The notes beneath the pieces are model-generated. The model searched no databases, had not been told where the DNA came from, and was given only the letters and a program-made list of their open reading frames with translations. The translations under genes and the position numbers were made by a program. Positions 1 to 10,638 of a stretch of DNA of 64,000 nucleotides are shown here, piece by piece. Within the stretch, counting starts at the first letter, position 1. Each line of letters starts with the position of its first letter. The DNA comes from Alphaproteobacteria bacterium (GTDB taxonomy: Bacteria > Pseudomonadota > Alphaproteobacteria > SP197), in NCBI GenBank assembly GCA_964291415.2, contig OZ219918.1, positions 32,001-96,000 on the forward strand, given 5' to 3'.

Positions 1-504
1 GTGCCTGCGATTCGCCATTGCTGTCCCTCGCGTTCCGGCGCCGGGTGAATGAGAAACCCTTCGTAGGCCTCGGCCTCGTCGCTTCCGGCGGGTTGCTTCT
101 CCTCACCGCCCGACTGCCCGGTGAGGCCTTTGAGAATTCGCGATACGAACGACGCCATGATCGGCATCCCTGTTGTCCCAGGGTCCAGACAACCACCTGA
201 CCGCGGTGAAGTCCACTGTCTCAACCCCATGCTGTTCGAACCAAGGACTGCGTCGGCCACCTCGAGTCCATCCCTTGACAGTCCTGGCGAACAGGACAAG
301 GCGCATGGACCGACGTACCGGACCACGAAACCGAAGCACCCGCCCCTGCACAGAGCCCGCCGGATAGGGGCCGCGCGCCGAGCGATGGATCCGGAAACGG
401 TTCAGGCAGGGGACCCGGTGCGGGAAGGCGCTCTCCGCCGATCACGCGCCGCCGGCAAAGCAATCGTCGACGACACCAGCGTCTTCATGCAGCAAGCAAG
501 CCGC

Positions 505-629
505 AGGCGGCCCTGTGTGACAGTTCCCCGTTCTCCAGCTGCTCCAACCCCTTCTCTTCTGTCTACTGCATAGTCAGTCAGATAGCGTCGAAGGGGCGCC
601 GGGGTTTCGTGATCAAACAGGACCTTCAC
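505..629 (-). pseudogene. Decayed PIN-like (DUF5615/VapC45-type) toxin fragment
   Basis: GTG overlaps the DUF433 stop (GTGA); reads MKVLFDHETPAPLRRYLTDYAVDR, then continues in a shifted frame as EKGLEQLENGEL; lower boundary approximate. Confidence 0.6.
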
Positions 630-853
630 GCCGCGACGGTCTCCTTGAGAGACTCCGTTTCGTGCCTGAGAACGGCTGTTACCTGCCACTCCTTGACCTC
701 GGGAAACCACTCCAGGAAGTCATTGACGGTGGCACCGCTCTCAAGGTTCTCGAAGAGCGCATAAACCGGCACCCGGGTTCCTGTGAAAGCCCAGGCGCCA
801 CTGATCTTGCGAGGGTTGCGCTCTACCGCCGGGCAATCCTTCCAGTCGGTCAT
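626..853 (-). CDS. DUF433 domain protein (putative antitoxin)
   Basis: MTDWKDCPAVERNPRKISGAWAFTGTRVPVYALFENLESGATVNDFLEWFP is a typical DUF433 pattern; GGGAG RBS-like motif upstream of ATG 853. Confidence 0.85.
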   Translation of the reverse strand: MTDWKDCPAVERNPRKISGAWAFTGTRVPVYALFENLESGATVNDFLEWFPEVKEWQVTAVLRHETESLKETVAA

Positions 854-1247
854 GGCGTGTTCTCTTCTCCCTGAGTATCGATTCACATGAACTGCCATCG
901 GACCGGACATCATCGCTTCCATCGCAGTTGGCAACAACGCTCAACTCTGGAAAACGGGTTGCAGCGTCACGTGCGTCAAGCTTGCCAGTGCGGGCGTCGA
1001 TTCGGTCGATGATGGCGTCAGGACGATAACCTGCTTCCAATTCTCCAGCAGCGCCATCAGGTTTTCCGTGGCACTTGAACGAAGGGCCGCTTCGCGGCCA
1101 TGGGTGCTGTGATCGGGTTCCGTGGCGCGTGATCGACGTGAATGGTGTGGAGGGAGCGGGGTCCTTGCTGTTCCGATGATCTAAGAGGGGATTCACACTT
1201 CCTGGTCTCCCGACTGTTCGGGAGGACGATCAACCAGGGAGTGAGAG

Positions 1248-2105
1248 ATGAAGGCAAGGGAAGTATCCCCTCTTCGCCAGAAGACGCTCGACGTGATGAC
1301 GATGAAGGGGCTGTCGCCTGTCACGCAGAAGCACTATCTGCGCGAGATTGCGAAGTTCGACCGCCACACCGGACATCAGCTGGACGTGCAGACGGACGAC
1401 GCGATCAGGGACTGGGTTCTGATGCTGATTGACGGTGGTCTGTCGCCGCGCACGACCAATGTCACCGTGGCGGCGTTGCGTCTGTTCTACGACACTGTTC
1501 TCGGTCAGCCGGAGAAGGTCGCGACTCTGCGCTTTCGCCATGTCCCCGATCGCTTGCCCCGGACGATGCCGGAAGAGGATGTGGAGCACCTGATCCAGGC
1601 GATGACAGACATGCGCTACCGCATGGCGACCCTTGTGGCCTACGGCTCGGCGCTGCGTGTCTCCGAGGTGGTGTCGCTGCAGATCCCGGACATCCGGCGC
1701 AACGAGTGCCTCCTGCGCATCCGCAAGGGCAAGGGCAACCGCGAGCGCATGGCCTACCTGCCCGAGGCCGTGCTCGGGGAACTGGAGCGCTACTGGAGGA
1801 CCACCTGGCCGCGTCCCACAAGCTGGCTCTTCTACCGCAAGACGCCCGATGAGCCGATCACCGCGAGCGCCCTGCACGGCGCCTTCAGGAAGGCCCGCGA
1901 CCAACTCGGACTTGATCGCGGGCTCACCTTCCATTGCCTGCGGCACGCGGCCGCGACACACCTTCTCGAAGGGGGTGCGTCGCAGAGTGTCGTGCAGGAT
2001 GTCCTGGGACACAAGTCCCCGGAGTCCACCAGGGTCTATGCCCGCACCACGTCCGTGATGTTCCGTTCCCTCGACCATCCGGTGGGGAGGTTCCTGACCG
2101 CCTGA
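1248..2105 (+). CDS. Tyrosine-type recombinase/integrase
   Basis: Motifs ALRVSE, KGKGNRER, HCLRHAAATH, LGHKSPESTRVY. Confidence 0.95.
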   Translation: MKAREVSPLRQKTLDVMTMKGLSPVTQKHYLREIAKFDRHTGHQLDVQTDDAIRDWVLMLIDGGLSPRTTNVTVAALRLFYDTVLGQPEKVATLRFRHVPDRLPRTMPEEDVEHLIQAMTDMRYRMATLVAYGSALRVSEVVSLQIPDIRRNECLLRIRKGKGNRERMAYLPEAVLGELERYWRTTWPRPTSWLFYRKTPDEPITASALHGAFRKARDQLGLDRGLTFHCLRHAAATHLLEGGASQSVVQDVLGHKSPESTRVYARTTSVMFRSLDHPVGRFLTA

Positions 2106-2108
2106 TCC

Positions 2109-3314
2109 TTGGCCCTTCCCAGCCCCGGCGTGGCAGACATCATGCGCCACGCCGGGCCCGGCTTCCGCGAACGCCACGCGGGACGTCTCGACGCGCTCTC
2201 GCGTGACGTGCTCTCGAGCATCGCGCGCTGCCGCACGGCGGAACTCGGTGGTCACCTCTACCAGTGCCCGCACTGCGAGCGCTTCCATGTCGCCTGGCAT
2301 GCGTGCGGCAACCGTCACTGCCCCTCCTGCCAGGGCGCTGCGGCGCGGGCATGGATGACGAGGCAGGTCGGCGATGTGCTGCCCGTGCCCTACTTCCACG
2401 TCGTCTTCACCCTGCCGCCATCCATCGCCAGGATCGCCTTCCAGAACCGAAAGACCGCGTTCGCCATCCTGTTCCGCACCGCCGCCGACACCATCAAGAC
2501 CATCAGCGCCGATCCCCGCCGCTTCGCCGCCCATGTCGGCGGCACCGCCGTGCTGCACACCTGGAACCAGAAGATGGAATGGCATCCCCACCTCCACTGC
2601 CTCGTCCCCAACGGCGGCTTCGACGTCACCACCGGCGCGTGGAAGACAGGCTCCCCTCACTTCTTCGCACCCGTGCGCGTCCTGGCACGCTTCTTCCGCA
2701 ACCGCTTCCTCGAGAACCTGGCGAAGGCCGATCTCGCCTTCCACGGCTCCATCGCCCACCTCGCCGACCGCAAAGCCCTCGAGGCCGTGCTGCGCGAAGC
2801 GCGCACGATCGCGTGGAACGTCTACGCCAAGCGGCCCTTCAACGGGCCCGACGCCGTCATCCGCTACCTCTCCAGGTACACCCACCGGATCGCCATCTCG
2901 GATGCCCGTATCCTCGCCTTCGACGGCGACACCGTCACCATGCGTCACCGCAAGCCGGTCGCGAAGGCCGGGGAGAAGCCCTCCTACGGCACCATGACTC
3001 TCGGGACCGACGCCTTCATCAGGCGCTTCCTCCTCCATCGCCTGCCCAGAGGACTGCACCGCATCCGCCACTTCGGCATCCTCGCCAACGGGTGCCGCGC
3101 CAGGACCCTCGACGCCGTGCGCTCATCCACCGGCGCCACGCCCGATATCACCGACAACGCCACCGGCGAGAACGTCAGGGTCTGCGCCCACTGCGGCGCC
3201 CCCTTGCGGCTCGTTCTCGACTTCGGCCGCAAGCGTCTCTCTCCCGACAAACGCGCGTTGGTCGACGCCCTGCTGCGCCAACGTGGGCCTCCCACGCCGG
3301 AGCCAACGCCATGA
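2109..3314 (+). CDS. IS91-family transposase
   Basis: N-terminal zinc motif CRTAELGGH..CPHC..HACGNRHCPSCQ, HUH motif HPHLH, YLSRYTHR, RIRHFG. Confidence 0.95.
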   Translation: MALPSPGVADIMRHAGPGFRERHAGRLDALSRDVLSSIARCRTAELGGHLYQCPHCERFHVAWHACGNRHCPSCQGAAARAWMTRQVGDVLPVPYFHVVFTLPPSIARIAFQNRKTAFAILFRTAADTIKTISADPRRFAAHVGGTAVLHTWNQKMEWHPHLHCLVPNGGFDVTTGAWKTGSPHFFAPVRVLARFFRNRFLENLAKADLAFHGSIAHLADRKALEAVLREARTIAWNVYAKRPFNGPDAVIRYLSRYTHRIAISDARILAFDGDTVTMRHRKPVAKAGEKPSYGTMTLGTDAFIRRFLLHRLPRGLHRIRHFGILANGCRARTLDAVRSSTGATPDITDNATGENVRVCAHCGAPLRLVLDFGRKRLSPDKRALVDALLRQRGPPTPEPTP

Positions 3315-3768
3315 CGGGCCCGGCATGCCCGAGCCTGCGGTGTACGCACCGCCACACGGCTCCGCGCCCTCGTGGCGCCGGATCGCCGCCAACAGCGTGT
3401 CGGCGCCCCACGTCAGGCCGACCGTCCGTGTCCCACAGGCTCGGCACGCCGCGCCGTGGGCCGAACGTCGCTGTCAGGAGCCGTACAACACGCCGCTTCG
3501 CGCGTCCGTAATCGACGCTTCCTTCACACTTTATCCATGGAAAGAACGAGCCCGCGCGGCCTTCGTTCAAACCTGCTTAGCGACGGCGCTCCGGCCGTCA
3601 CTAACCAGAATCTTGTAGCGGTCGATGAGGCCGGTGGCGTGGTCCAGGAAACGGGTGATGGCTGTTTGCTCAAACACGGTTGCGAAACAAGCCGTTCCGA
3701 ACAGAGTGCTCACATCACAGGGTGCATGGAACGATGCACCGACCCTGGAGACCGAAACATCGCGAGGT

Positions 3769-5292
3769 CTAATCGAGTGCCGATGCAACCAGTTCGGCAA
3801 AGGCGCCGTCGCGCACCATCGCCGAGACCGCCTCGATGTCCGGCGCCATCAGACGGTCCTCGTCCCAGAAGGGCACCTGCTGTCGGACCAGTTCGTGCGC
3901 CCGCGCCAACGTCGTGGAGGTCCAGAGCGGCTGGCGGAAATCGATCCCCTGGGCCGCTGCCAGCAGTTCGACGGCGATGATATCGGCGAGGTTGTCGTTC
4001 ATGCCGGCGAGTCGGCGCGCCGCATGGGTTGCCATGGACACGTGATCCTCCTGGTTGGCCGAAGTCGGCATGCTGTCGATGGAGGCTGGCGCCGCTCGTT
4101 GCTTGTTCTCGGCGGCAAGTGCGGCAGCGGTGACATGGGCGATCATGAAGCCGGAGTTGACGCCGCTGTCCTCGACCAGGAAAGGCGGCAGCGAACTCAT
4201 GCTGCCGTTCGTGAGCAGCGCCGTGCGCCGTTCGGACATCGATCCGATCTCGGCCAGCACCAGGGCGAGGATATCGGCTGCCATGGCCACCGGCTGGGCA
4301 TGGAAGTTTCCGCCCGAAAGGACGTCACCCTCGTCGCAGAACACCAGTGGATTGTCGGTCACCGCGTTGGCCTCGCGGACCAGCACATCGCCGACCGATC
4401 GCAGATGATCGAGACAGGCGCCCATGACCTGAGGCTGACACCTCAGCGAATAGGGGTCCTGCACCCGATCGCAATCCTCGTGCGACTTGCGGATTTCGCT
4501 GCCGCTCAGGAGGGTGTGGTAGACGCCTGCGACCCTGGTCTGCCCGACCTGCCCGCGTGCCGCGGAAATGCGCGGGTCGAAGGGCGTGTCGGCGCCCAGG
4601 GACGCATCAACCGAAAGCGCGCCGGCCACGACGGCCGCCGCAAAGTTGCGTTTTGCCCGGATCAGGCCATCAAGCGCCAGCGCCGCCGAGACCTGCGTTC
4701 CGTTGAGCAGTGCCAGACCCTCCTTGGCGGCAAGCGTCACCGGCTCGAGGCCGACACGCTCGAGCGCCGTGGAGGCGGGGACTGTCTCGCCAGCCATGCG
4801 GACCTGGCCGTAGCCAAGGAGAACGGCGCTGAGATGGGCCAGAGGGGCCAGGTCGCCGGACGCGCCAACCGATCCCTTGGCCGGAATGACAGGGAGCGCA
4901 TCGTGGTTGTAGAGCCGGACAAGCGCCTCGATTGTCGTGCGCTGGCACCCGGAAAGGCCAAGGGCGAGCGCGTTGATCTTGAGTGCGAGAACCAGTCGCA
5001 CGATGGAGTCGGGCAGGGGCGCACCGGTGCCGGCCGCATGGCTGAGGACGATGCGTCTTTGCAGGTCGTTGATGCGGTCGCGCGAGATCGCTGTCCGCGC
5101 GAGGCTGCCGAATCCGGTGTTGATGCCGTAGACCCTGGCGTCGCCCGCGGCAACATCGAGTACGAGCCTTGCCGAACGCTCGACCTCGGCCCAGGCCTGC
5201 TCCTCGACGGCCACGGCAAGCCCACCCGACAGAAGGCGCTCGATGTCGGTAAGTGACAGCGCTCCCGGCGTCAGGGTCAGGGTCTCGGGCAT
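3769..5292 (-). CDS. hutH: Histidine ammonia-lyase
   Basis: YGINTGFG, MIO-forming GSVGASGDLAPLAH, VQDPYSLRCQPQV, ANQEDHVSM; RBS GAGGAGG before ATG 5292. Confidence 0.95.
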   Translation of the reverse strand: MPETLTLTPGALSLTDIERLLSGGLAVAVEEQAWAEVERSARLVLDVAAGDARVYGINTGFGSLARTAISRDRINDLQRRIVLSHAAGTGAPLPDSIVRLVLALKINALALGLSGCQRTTIEALVRLYNHDALPVIPAKGSVGASGDLAPLAHLSAVLLGYGQVRMAGETVPASTALERVGLEPVTLAAKEGLALLNGTQVSAALALDGLIRAKRNFAAAVVAGALSVDASLGADTPFDPRISAARGQVGQTRVAGVYHTLLSGSEIRKSHEDCDRVQDPYSLRCQPQVMGACLDHLRSVGDVLVREANAVTDNPLVFCDEGDVLSGGNFHAQPVAMAADILALVLAEIGSMSERRTALLTNGSMSSLPPFLVEDSGVNSGFMIAHVTAAALAAENKQRAAPASIDSMPTSANQEDHVSMATHAARRLAGMNDNLADIIAVELLAAAQGIDFRQPLWTSTTLARAHELVRQQVPFWDEDRLMAPDIEAVSAMVRDGAFAELVASALD

Positions 5293-5707
5293 AAGTCCCT
5301 CCTCAAGCAGCGGCATTCGCCGTGTTTACACCGTACCGGACCGATACGAATAGCGCCGGAACAGTCATCGTGGGAACAGGAGTCCGGCAAGACGCGGTGC
5401 AGCCGGCCTGATCTGACACGCTGACACCTTGGGCGCGCAGCGCATCGGGGAAGTTTGTTCAACCATCTGCATTGCGCGCGTCGGGGCTCGCCGGGGATCT
5501 CAGGGCCGAAGCGGGCATCGTCAAGGTGGCGATGCGCCAAACGGAACACGACGGGAAGCAGTCCCTCCAATGATCATCCGCAAGGAAATCTCCCGCCCTG
5601 CTGGGGACCCGGATCACACGTGCCCCTTCGTGGCGCGGAATCAGCTTGGCCGGGTTCAGGACTGCAGGCTTTCGATGTCTGGCCGCCGTGGTTGAGGACT
5701 CGGATGG

Positions 5708-6850
5708 TCAGACCGGATCCATCAGCGAGATGGCCTCGGCCATGGCGATGGTTTCGAGCTGGTAGGAGAAATCGGCGGCACTGTCGTCCTCGAGGACACT
5801 GAAGAACGCCACCACGGTGCCGCTGTCGGGATCAACGAAGAGAAACTGGCCACCCCAGCCGCCGTGTCCGATCCAGCGGCCGTTGGTGCGCATCTGGTTG
5901 CCGTAGGTGATGTGGTCGGCCGGTGGCGCGTAGCGCGGACCGGTCTGCGCGCGGGTTGCGTTGATGAAGGCCTCGCTGCCGACCTTTTCGCCGTGGATGC
6001 CCCGGCCGCCGCGAACGAAGATGAGACCATAGCGCGCCAGGTCGCGGGCGCTCATCGACACTCCGCCGTTGAGGTTGGGCACGCCGTCGCGGTCGCACGA
6101 CAGCCAGAACGTGTCCTCCATGCCCGCACCCTCGACGATGTCGATGAAGTGATATCTGAGAGGCGTCTTCGTGACACGTTCGGCGACCCAGCCGACGACA
6201 TCGGTGTTCGCCGACTTGTACTGCGGCTCGCCGGAACGGTTGGCGAGGTCATCGCTTGCAATGCTGCAGAGAAATGACCGGTTGACGGGTTCTGCCCCGT
6301 CATCAGCCGGCAACCGCCAGCCCATGGCGGCTCCATGGTCGAGGAGGGCAGTGGTCATCGGATCGGAATAGTCTTCCGCGTAGTCGTTGACGATGTTCAT
6401 GTCCATGACGTCCTGGACGGTCGCGTCCGCGTAGCCGCTGCCGATCTCCGGCAGGTGCTCGCCGACGCGTGAGCGCATGTCGAGACGCCCCTCCTCGACG
6501 AGGCGGCCGATCAGCAGGTTCATGGCCGTCTTCGAGATGGACATGACCGTGTGGGGCCGGTCGGGACCGAAGTCGGGCGCGTAGTGCTCGAACACGAGCT
6601 CGTCGTGTCGCAGCACCACCATGGCGGAAAAGTAGGTGGTGCCTGTCAGGCGCCGGACCTCGGGCATGTCGCCGATCCGCCGGTCGATCCGGCGGTTGAG
6701 TGTCAGAATGTTCGGGCTCCTCAGGAAGAGGCCATAGCGCGTCAGGCGCCACAGATTGTGGAACCCCCGACGCCGGTTGCTGGACGTGACCCATGCTTCC
6801 CGCTGATCCGGGCCGACAGTGAGGTCGGGATTGGCAATGATGGTGCTCAT
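5708..6850 (-). CDS. Serine hydrolase, beta-lactamase/NylB-like family
   Basis: SxxK (MSISK), YxS (QYKSANT), GHGGWGGQ. Confidence 0.85.
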   Translation of the reverse strand: MSTIIANPDLTVGPDQREAWVTSSNRRRGFHNLWRLTRYGLFLRSPNILTLNRRIDRRIGDMPEVRRLTGTTYFSAMVVLRHDELVFEHYAPDFGPDRPHTVMSISKTAMNLLIGRLVEEGRLDMRSRVGEHLPEIGSGYADATVQDVMDMNIVNDYAEDYSDPMTTALLDHGAAMGWRLPADDGAEPVNRSFLCSIASDDLANRSGEPQYKSANTDVVGWVAERVTKTPLRYHFIDIVEGAGMEDTFWLSCDRDGVPNLNGGVSMSARDLARYGLIFVRGGRGIHGEKVGSEAFINATRAQTGPRYAPPADHITYGNQMRTNGRWIGHGGWGGQFLFVDPDSGTVVAFFSVLEDDSAADFSYQLETIAMAEAISLMDPV

Positions 6851-7809
6851 GTGGTTTCTCCTCTCGGAACGACTTCCTGGCCGGGTTCTTCCGGTTCGTC
6901 GTCGATCATCTCCGCCGGAAATCCGGGGGCAAGAACCGAGACGCCGCAGGCTTCCTCGAGCCTGCGGATGATGTTGGGCGACCATTCCCTCGGGCCGTAA
7001 CGCGCCTCGCCATCCTGGAAGATCTCGACCAGCTTCGGCGCGACCTCGACAGGGACCCCGGCCCGTTCGGCGATAGTCCGGAAGATTCCGATATCCTTCG
7101 ACACGAGGTCCATCGTGAAGTTGATGTCGCGGCTGCCGTTGAGGATCACCTGGCTCTCGGTCTCGTGGACGAACGAGTTGCCCGAGGAAATGCGGATCGC
7201 CTCGTAGGTGGTGGAAAGGTCCATGCCGGCCATCTTCGAGGTGACGAGAGCCTCAGAGAGGGAGACGAGATTGGCCGTGGCCAGGTAGTTGGTGACCACC
7301 TTGAGGATGGATGCGGAACCCAGCGGGCCGGTATGAAGGATGCGCCGGCCCATCGCCTTGAGCAGAGGCAGCATGCGCTCGAAGACGCGGCGCTCGCAGC
7401 CGGCGAAGATGGCAATGTTGCCTGTCGCAGCCCTGTGGCATCCACCGGAGACGGGACAGTCCACCGCGTCACCGCCCGCAGCCTCGACAAGCGCTGCGAG
7501 GCGGCGGACTTCCGCTTCGTCGGTGGTGCTCATTTCCGCCCAGATGCTTTCCGGGCGAAGGCCGGCGAGGATGCCGTCCTCCGCCTCCATGACGCTCGTC
7601 GAGGCTGCTGGAGAGGGCAGGCACGTGATCACGACGTCGCACGTGCGGGCCATGTATTCAGGGCTCTCTGCCCAGGCGGCGCCGTTCTCGACGAATGGGT
7701 GGGCGGCATCGCGATCGAGATCCCTCACCACGAGTTCGAACCCGTTGCGCTGGAGGCTTCCCGCGAGCTTGCCTCCCACATTGCCCAGCCCGATGAAACC
7801 GACCTTCAT
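6847..7809 (-). CDS. NAD(P)-dependent oxidoreductase, 3-hydroxyisobutyrate dehydrogenase family
   Basis: MKVGFIGLGNVG Rossmann motif, DCPVSGG, LKVVTN; 4-bp overlap with the downstream gene. Confidence 0.9.
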   Translation of the reverse strand: MKVGFIGLGNVGGKLAGSLQRNGFELVVRDLDRDAAHPFVENGAAWAESPEYMARTCDVVITCLPSPAASTSVMEAEDGILAGLRPESIWAEMSTTDEAEVRRLAALVEAAGGDAVDCPVSGGCHRAATGNIAIFAGCERRVFERMLPLLKAMGRRILHTGPLGSASILKVVTNYLATANLVSLSEALVTSKMAGMDLSTTYEAIRISSGNSFVHETESQVILNGSRDINFTMDLVSKDIGIFRTIAERAGVPVEVAPKLVEIFQDGEARYGPREWSPNIIRRLEEACGVSVLAPGFPAEMIDDEPEEPGQEVVPRGETT

Positions 7810-7967
7810 GATGGAATGCTCCGCGCCACGATCACGAAATCCTGCACTGCCGCCAGACCGGTGTCGACACGTTCCCGTGCATCGTTGCCGGTCCTGTGTC
7901 CCTTGACCGGCGCCGGAGCCGGCCATGACAATGGCCAAAGAGACCGGGAAGGCTCCGGGAGGAACCA

Positions 7968-8954
7968 GTGAGCGACGAGCGCGACATCTTCTGGGACGAA
8001 AGGGACCTCCCTGGACCGACGCGAGACCCGTCACGGCTCAAGCGTGACATGGACCGGTGGGGGTACTGCATGATTGCCGAGGCCGTGGCCGGCGACACGC
8101 TGCGGGTCATGCGCGAACGCCTCGAGGAGCTCGCCGAAACCGAGGCGGGAATGGGCGATCATGTCTTTGCCGACAGGGTCAACGCCGCCGACAGCGACAA
8201 CCAGTGGATCCTCATGCTCGTCAACAAGGGCGAGGACTTCCTGCGTGCGGTCGATCATCCCGACACCCGGCCGATTCTCGAGCACCTGCTGGGCCCCGGG
8301 TACCTGCTGAGCGAATCGTCAGCGCACCTCACCCGTCCGGGCAATCCGGCGATGGCGCTCCACACGGACCAGTGGTGGATGCCGCCGCCCGTGATGCCGG
8401 GAGAGCGTCATCAGCCCGGCGGCACGATCACCCGCGAGGGAGCGGTTCAGGGACCACTCAGGAAGGCAACTCGACCGATCGCGGCCCCTATGGTCGCCCA
8501 GAACATGCTCTTCGTCTCGGACTTCACGGAAGCCAACGGCGCTACCCGCCTGGTGCCGGGGAGCCACATGACCGGCAGTCAGCCGGACCAGTCCGTGCCT
8601 CAGGTGGTGCCCTCGATCGCCGCCGAGGGACCGGCGGGCACGATCGCGATCTGGGAGGGCCGGACCTGGCATTCGGCGGGTCCCAACACCTCGAACGAGA
8701 CACGCTACGGGATGCCGACGCTCTATGCCGCACCCCAGATGCGGACACTCATGAACTTCACGCTCGGCACCCGCACCCGCATCGTGGATGAGGCACCGGA
8801 GCGCCTGCGCCAGCTTCTCGGGTTCAGGATCTGGAGCGGCTACGGCTCGACCGGCGAAATGGGCGCCCAATGGGCCCGTTCAGGCGACGCAATTGAGGCC
8901 GACACGGACCGCCACAATCCTGCGGATTCGACCGTCAAACCCGCTTCCAAGTGA
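7968..8954 (+). CDS. Phytanoyl-CoA dioxygenase (PhyH) family protein
   Basis: HTD, DFTEANGATRLVPGSH, TWHSAGPN; GGAGG RBS before GTG. Confidence 0.9.
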   Translation: MSDERDIFWDERDLPGPTRDPSRLKRDMDRWGYCMIAEAVAGDTLRVMRERLEELAETEAGMGDHVFADRVNAADSDNQWILMLVNKGEDFLRAVDHPDTRPILEHLLGPGYLLSESSAHLTRPGNPAMALHTDQWWMPPPVMPGERHQPGGTITREGAVQGPLRKATRPIAAPMVAQNMLFVSDFTEANGATRLVPGSHMTGSQPDQSVPQVVPSIAAEGPAGTIAIWEGRTWHSAGPNTSNETRYGMPTLYAAPQMRTLMNFTLGTRTRIVDEAPERLRQLLGFRIWSGYGSTGEMGAQWARSGDAIEADTDRHNPADSTVKPASK

Positions 8955-9197
8955 CGATATCAGGCCAAGCGATGCCGAATGAAACATGGTCCTTAACCCA
9001 ACGCACATGAACCGGTCGGACCGTTGAGGTGACAGGGGGTCACTCGGGATCGCCCGTGCAATTCGGCACTTGTGGAGGATCACGGGCGTCATGCGTTCCG
9101 TCACTGGGGATAGGTTTTCGGTCATGGACCACAGGGCATGCGACAATCACATGCCGGTCGGTTATCAAGGAACCAGCGGTTGAATAGGGAATGAGCG

Positions 9198-9953
9198 ATG
9201 CCTCGGGAAGCGATACAACGAACCGAGCAGACTCATGCTTCCTCCGATCCACCAGCCGAAACAGTTTACTCGGGCGAGCGCACAATCAGTGCGCCGGCCA
9301 TCGATCTTCCGCCGGATCTGGAACCGAACACGCGGCTCAAAATGGATGGACTAGAGTTTCTGGCGAAGATTCCTTCGAGCATGATACCGGTTGCCTTTTT
9401 CGATCCACAGTATCGGGGAGTACTGGACAAGCTCGCCTATGGCAACGAGGGCAAGCAGCGCGGTCAGAAAAGGGCCGCACTAATGCAAATGCCGGAAGAC
9501 GTCATAGGCCGATTCATCCATGGCATCGACCGGGTTCTGATCCCTTCCGGTCACCTGTTCCTATGGGTAGACAAATTCCACCTATGCCAAGGTGTACGCC
9601 CTTGGATACGAGAAACCACCCTCGACATCGTGGACCTTGTGACATGGGACAAGGGTACATTCGGTATGGGCTACCGTACACGCCGCAGGGCTGAGTATTG
9701 CATCGTGCTGCAGAAGCAGCCGCGCAAGGCCAAGGGCGTATGGAAGATTCACAACATTCCCGACGTGATCCAGGAGCAGGTGTCTCAGCGCGAACATCCG
9801 CACTCGAAACCCGTGGACCTGCAAGGCCAACTCATGGCCGCCGTGAGCCATGAAGGTGACTATGTGATCGATCCAGCTGCCGGGTCATTCTCGGTTCTGC
9901 AGGCGGCGATGAACTGGCAACGCAAGTTCCTCGGCTGCGACCTGAACGGCTAG
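9198..9953 (+). CDS. N6/N4 DNA methyltransferase (beta-type motif order)
   Basis: Catalytic motif variant FFDPQY, then HPHSKP and VIDPAAGSFS (SAM-binding). Confidence 0.88.
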   Translation: MPREAIQRTEQTHASSDPPAETVYSGERTISAPAIDLPPDLEPNTRLKMDGLEFLAKIPSSMIPVAFFDPQYRGVLDKLAYGNEGKQRGQKRAALMQMPEDVIGRFIHGIDRVLIPSGHLFLWVDKFHLCQGVRPWIRETTLDIVDLVTWDKGTFGMGYRTRRRAEYCIVLQKQPRKAKGVWKIHNIPDVIQEQVSQREHPHSKPVDLQGQLMAAVSHEGDYVIDPAAGSFSVLQAAMNWQRKFLGCDLNG

Positions 9954-9957
9954 GTCC

Positions 9958-10638
9958 ATGGCCCGCCTTAGCGATGCAAATCCGAGGAACACGTCTGGTT
10001 CCTATGTCCGACTGTTCGGCAACGAAGCACTGGGCGAGTTGGCCAGCAAGATTCAGTCCACCGTGATCTCGTCGGGTTCGGAACTTGAAGCAATGATCGT
10101 TGCAGCAGTTCCTGATATCCCCGACCTGGATGCCTTCCTGGAGCAGGAGATCATGCCTGACGGCGTACTTCTCGCCTCCAAGCGGCAGATCAAGCGGAGC
10201 CAAACCTTAAGCTTCGCAGGGTCCGAGCCCGATTTCATGGTGTTCAAACGCCGCGCCGGTGCGCAAACTTGCCACATTATCGAGTTGAAGGACGGACATG
10301 TTTTCGACACCAAGAAGGCCGACGCCGAACGTCAAGCAATGCGCAGGTTCATCGAGCGCAACGCTCAGCACATCCAGTATCGAGTCCGGGCACACTTCTG
10401 CGCATTCAACCAGGAAGATCGTCAGGCGATATGGGAAGGCTTCAAGAGACGCATCGACTTAGACGAGGCGATGACTGGCCGGGAGTTCTGCGAACTGTTG
10501 GAAATCGACTACGACGACATTGTGCAGGCACGGCGGGCGGACTGCGCTGACAATGTGGAGTTCTTGCTATCCGAACTAGTCAAGATCGAACCAGTCCGCC
10601 ACCGTTTGCTAGAGCTTCTTGGCCAGCACCGCATCTAG
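9958..10638 (+). CDS. Putative type II restriction endonuclease (PD-(D/E)xK)
   Basis: GSELE, EPDF and IIELKDG motifs; 4 bp downstream of the MTase. Confidence 0.75.
   Translation: MARLSDANPRNTSGSYVRLFGNEALGELASKIQSTVISSGSELEAMIVAAVPDIPDLDAFLEQEIMPDGVLLASKRQIKRSQTLSFAGSEPDFMVFKRRAGAQTCHIIELKDGHVFDTKKADAERQAMRRFIERNAQHIQYRVRAHFCAFNQEDRQAIWEGFKRRIDLDEAMTGREFCELLEIDYDDIVQARRADCADNVEFLLSELVKIEPVRHRLLELLGQHRI

Larger units (their letters stand above)
1181..3604 (+). mobile_element. Tyrosine recombinase + IS91-family (HUH/Y2) transposase element
   Basis: Two-gene cassette; CTAA at 1181-1184 and 3601-3604; hairpins at 1196-1243 and 3577-3604; GCGGCCTTCGTTCAA at 3556-3570. Ends are inferred. Confidence 0.7.

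Noticed and set aside
19-260. Possible riboswitch upstream of a minus-strand gene starting at 18 (MANRRH...)
   Set aside because: Some pairing potential but no convincing glycine, TPP or cobalamin consensus; the gene runs off the window.
1230-3071. 613-aa minus-strand ORF
   Set aside because: Antisense shadow of the integrase and IS91 transposase; no motifs. The same applies to 3625-5256, 20310-22199, 22335-24188, 40216-41826 and 45578-47302.
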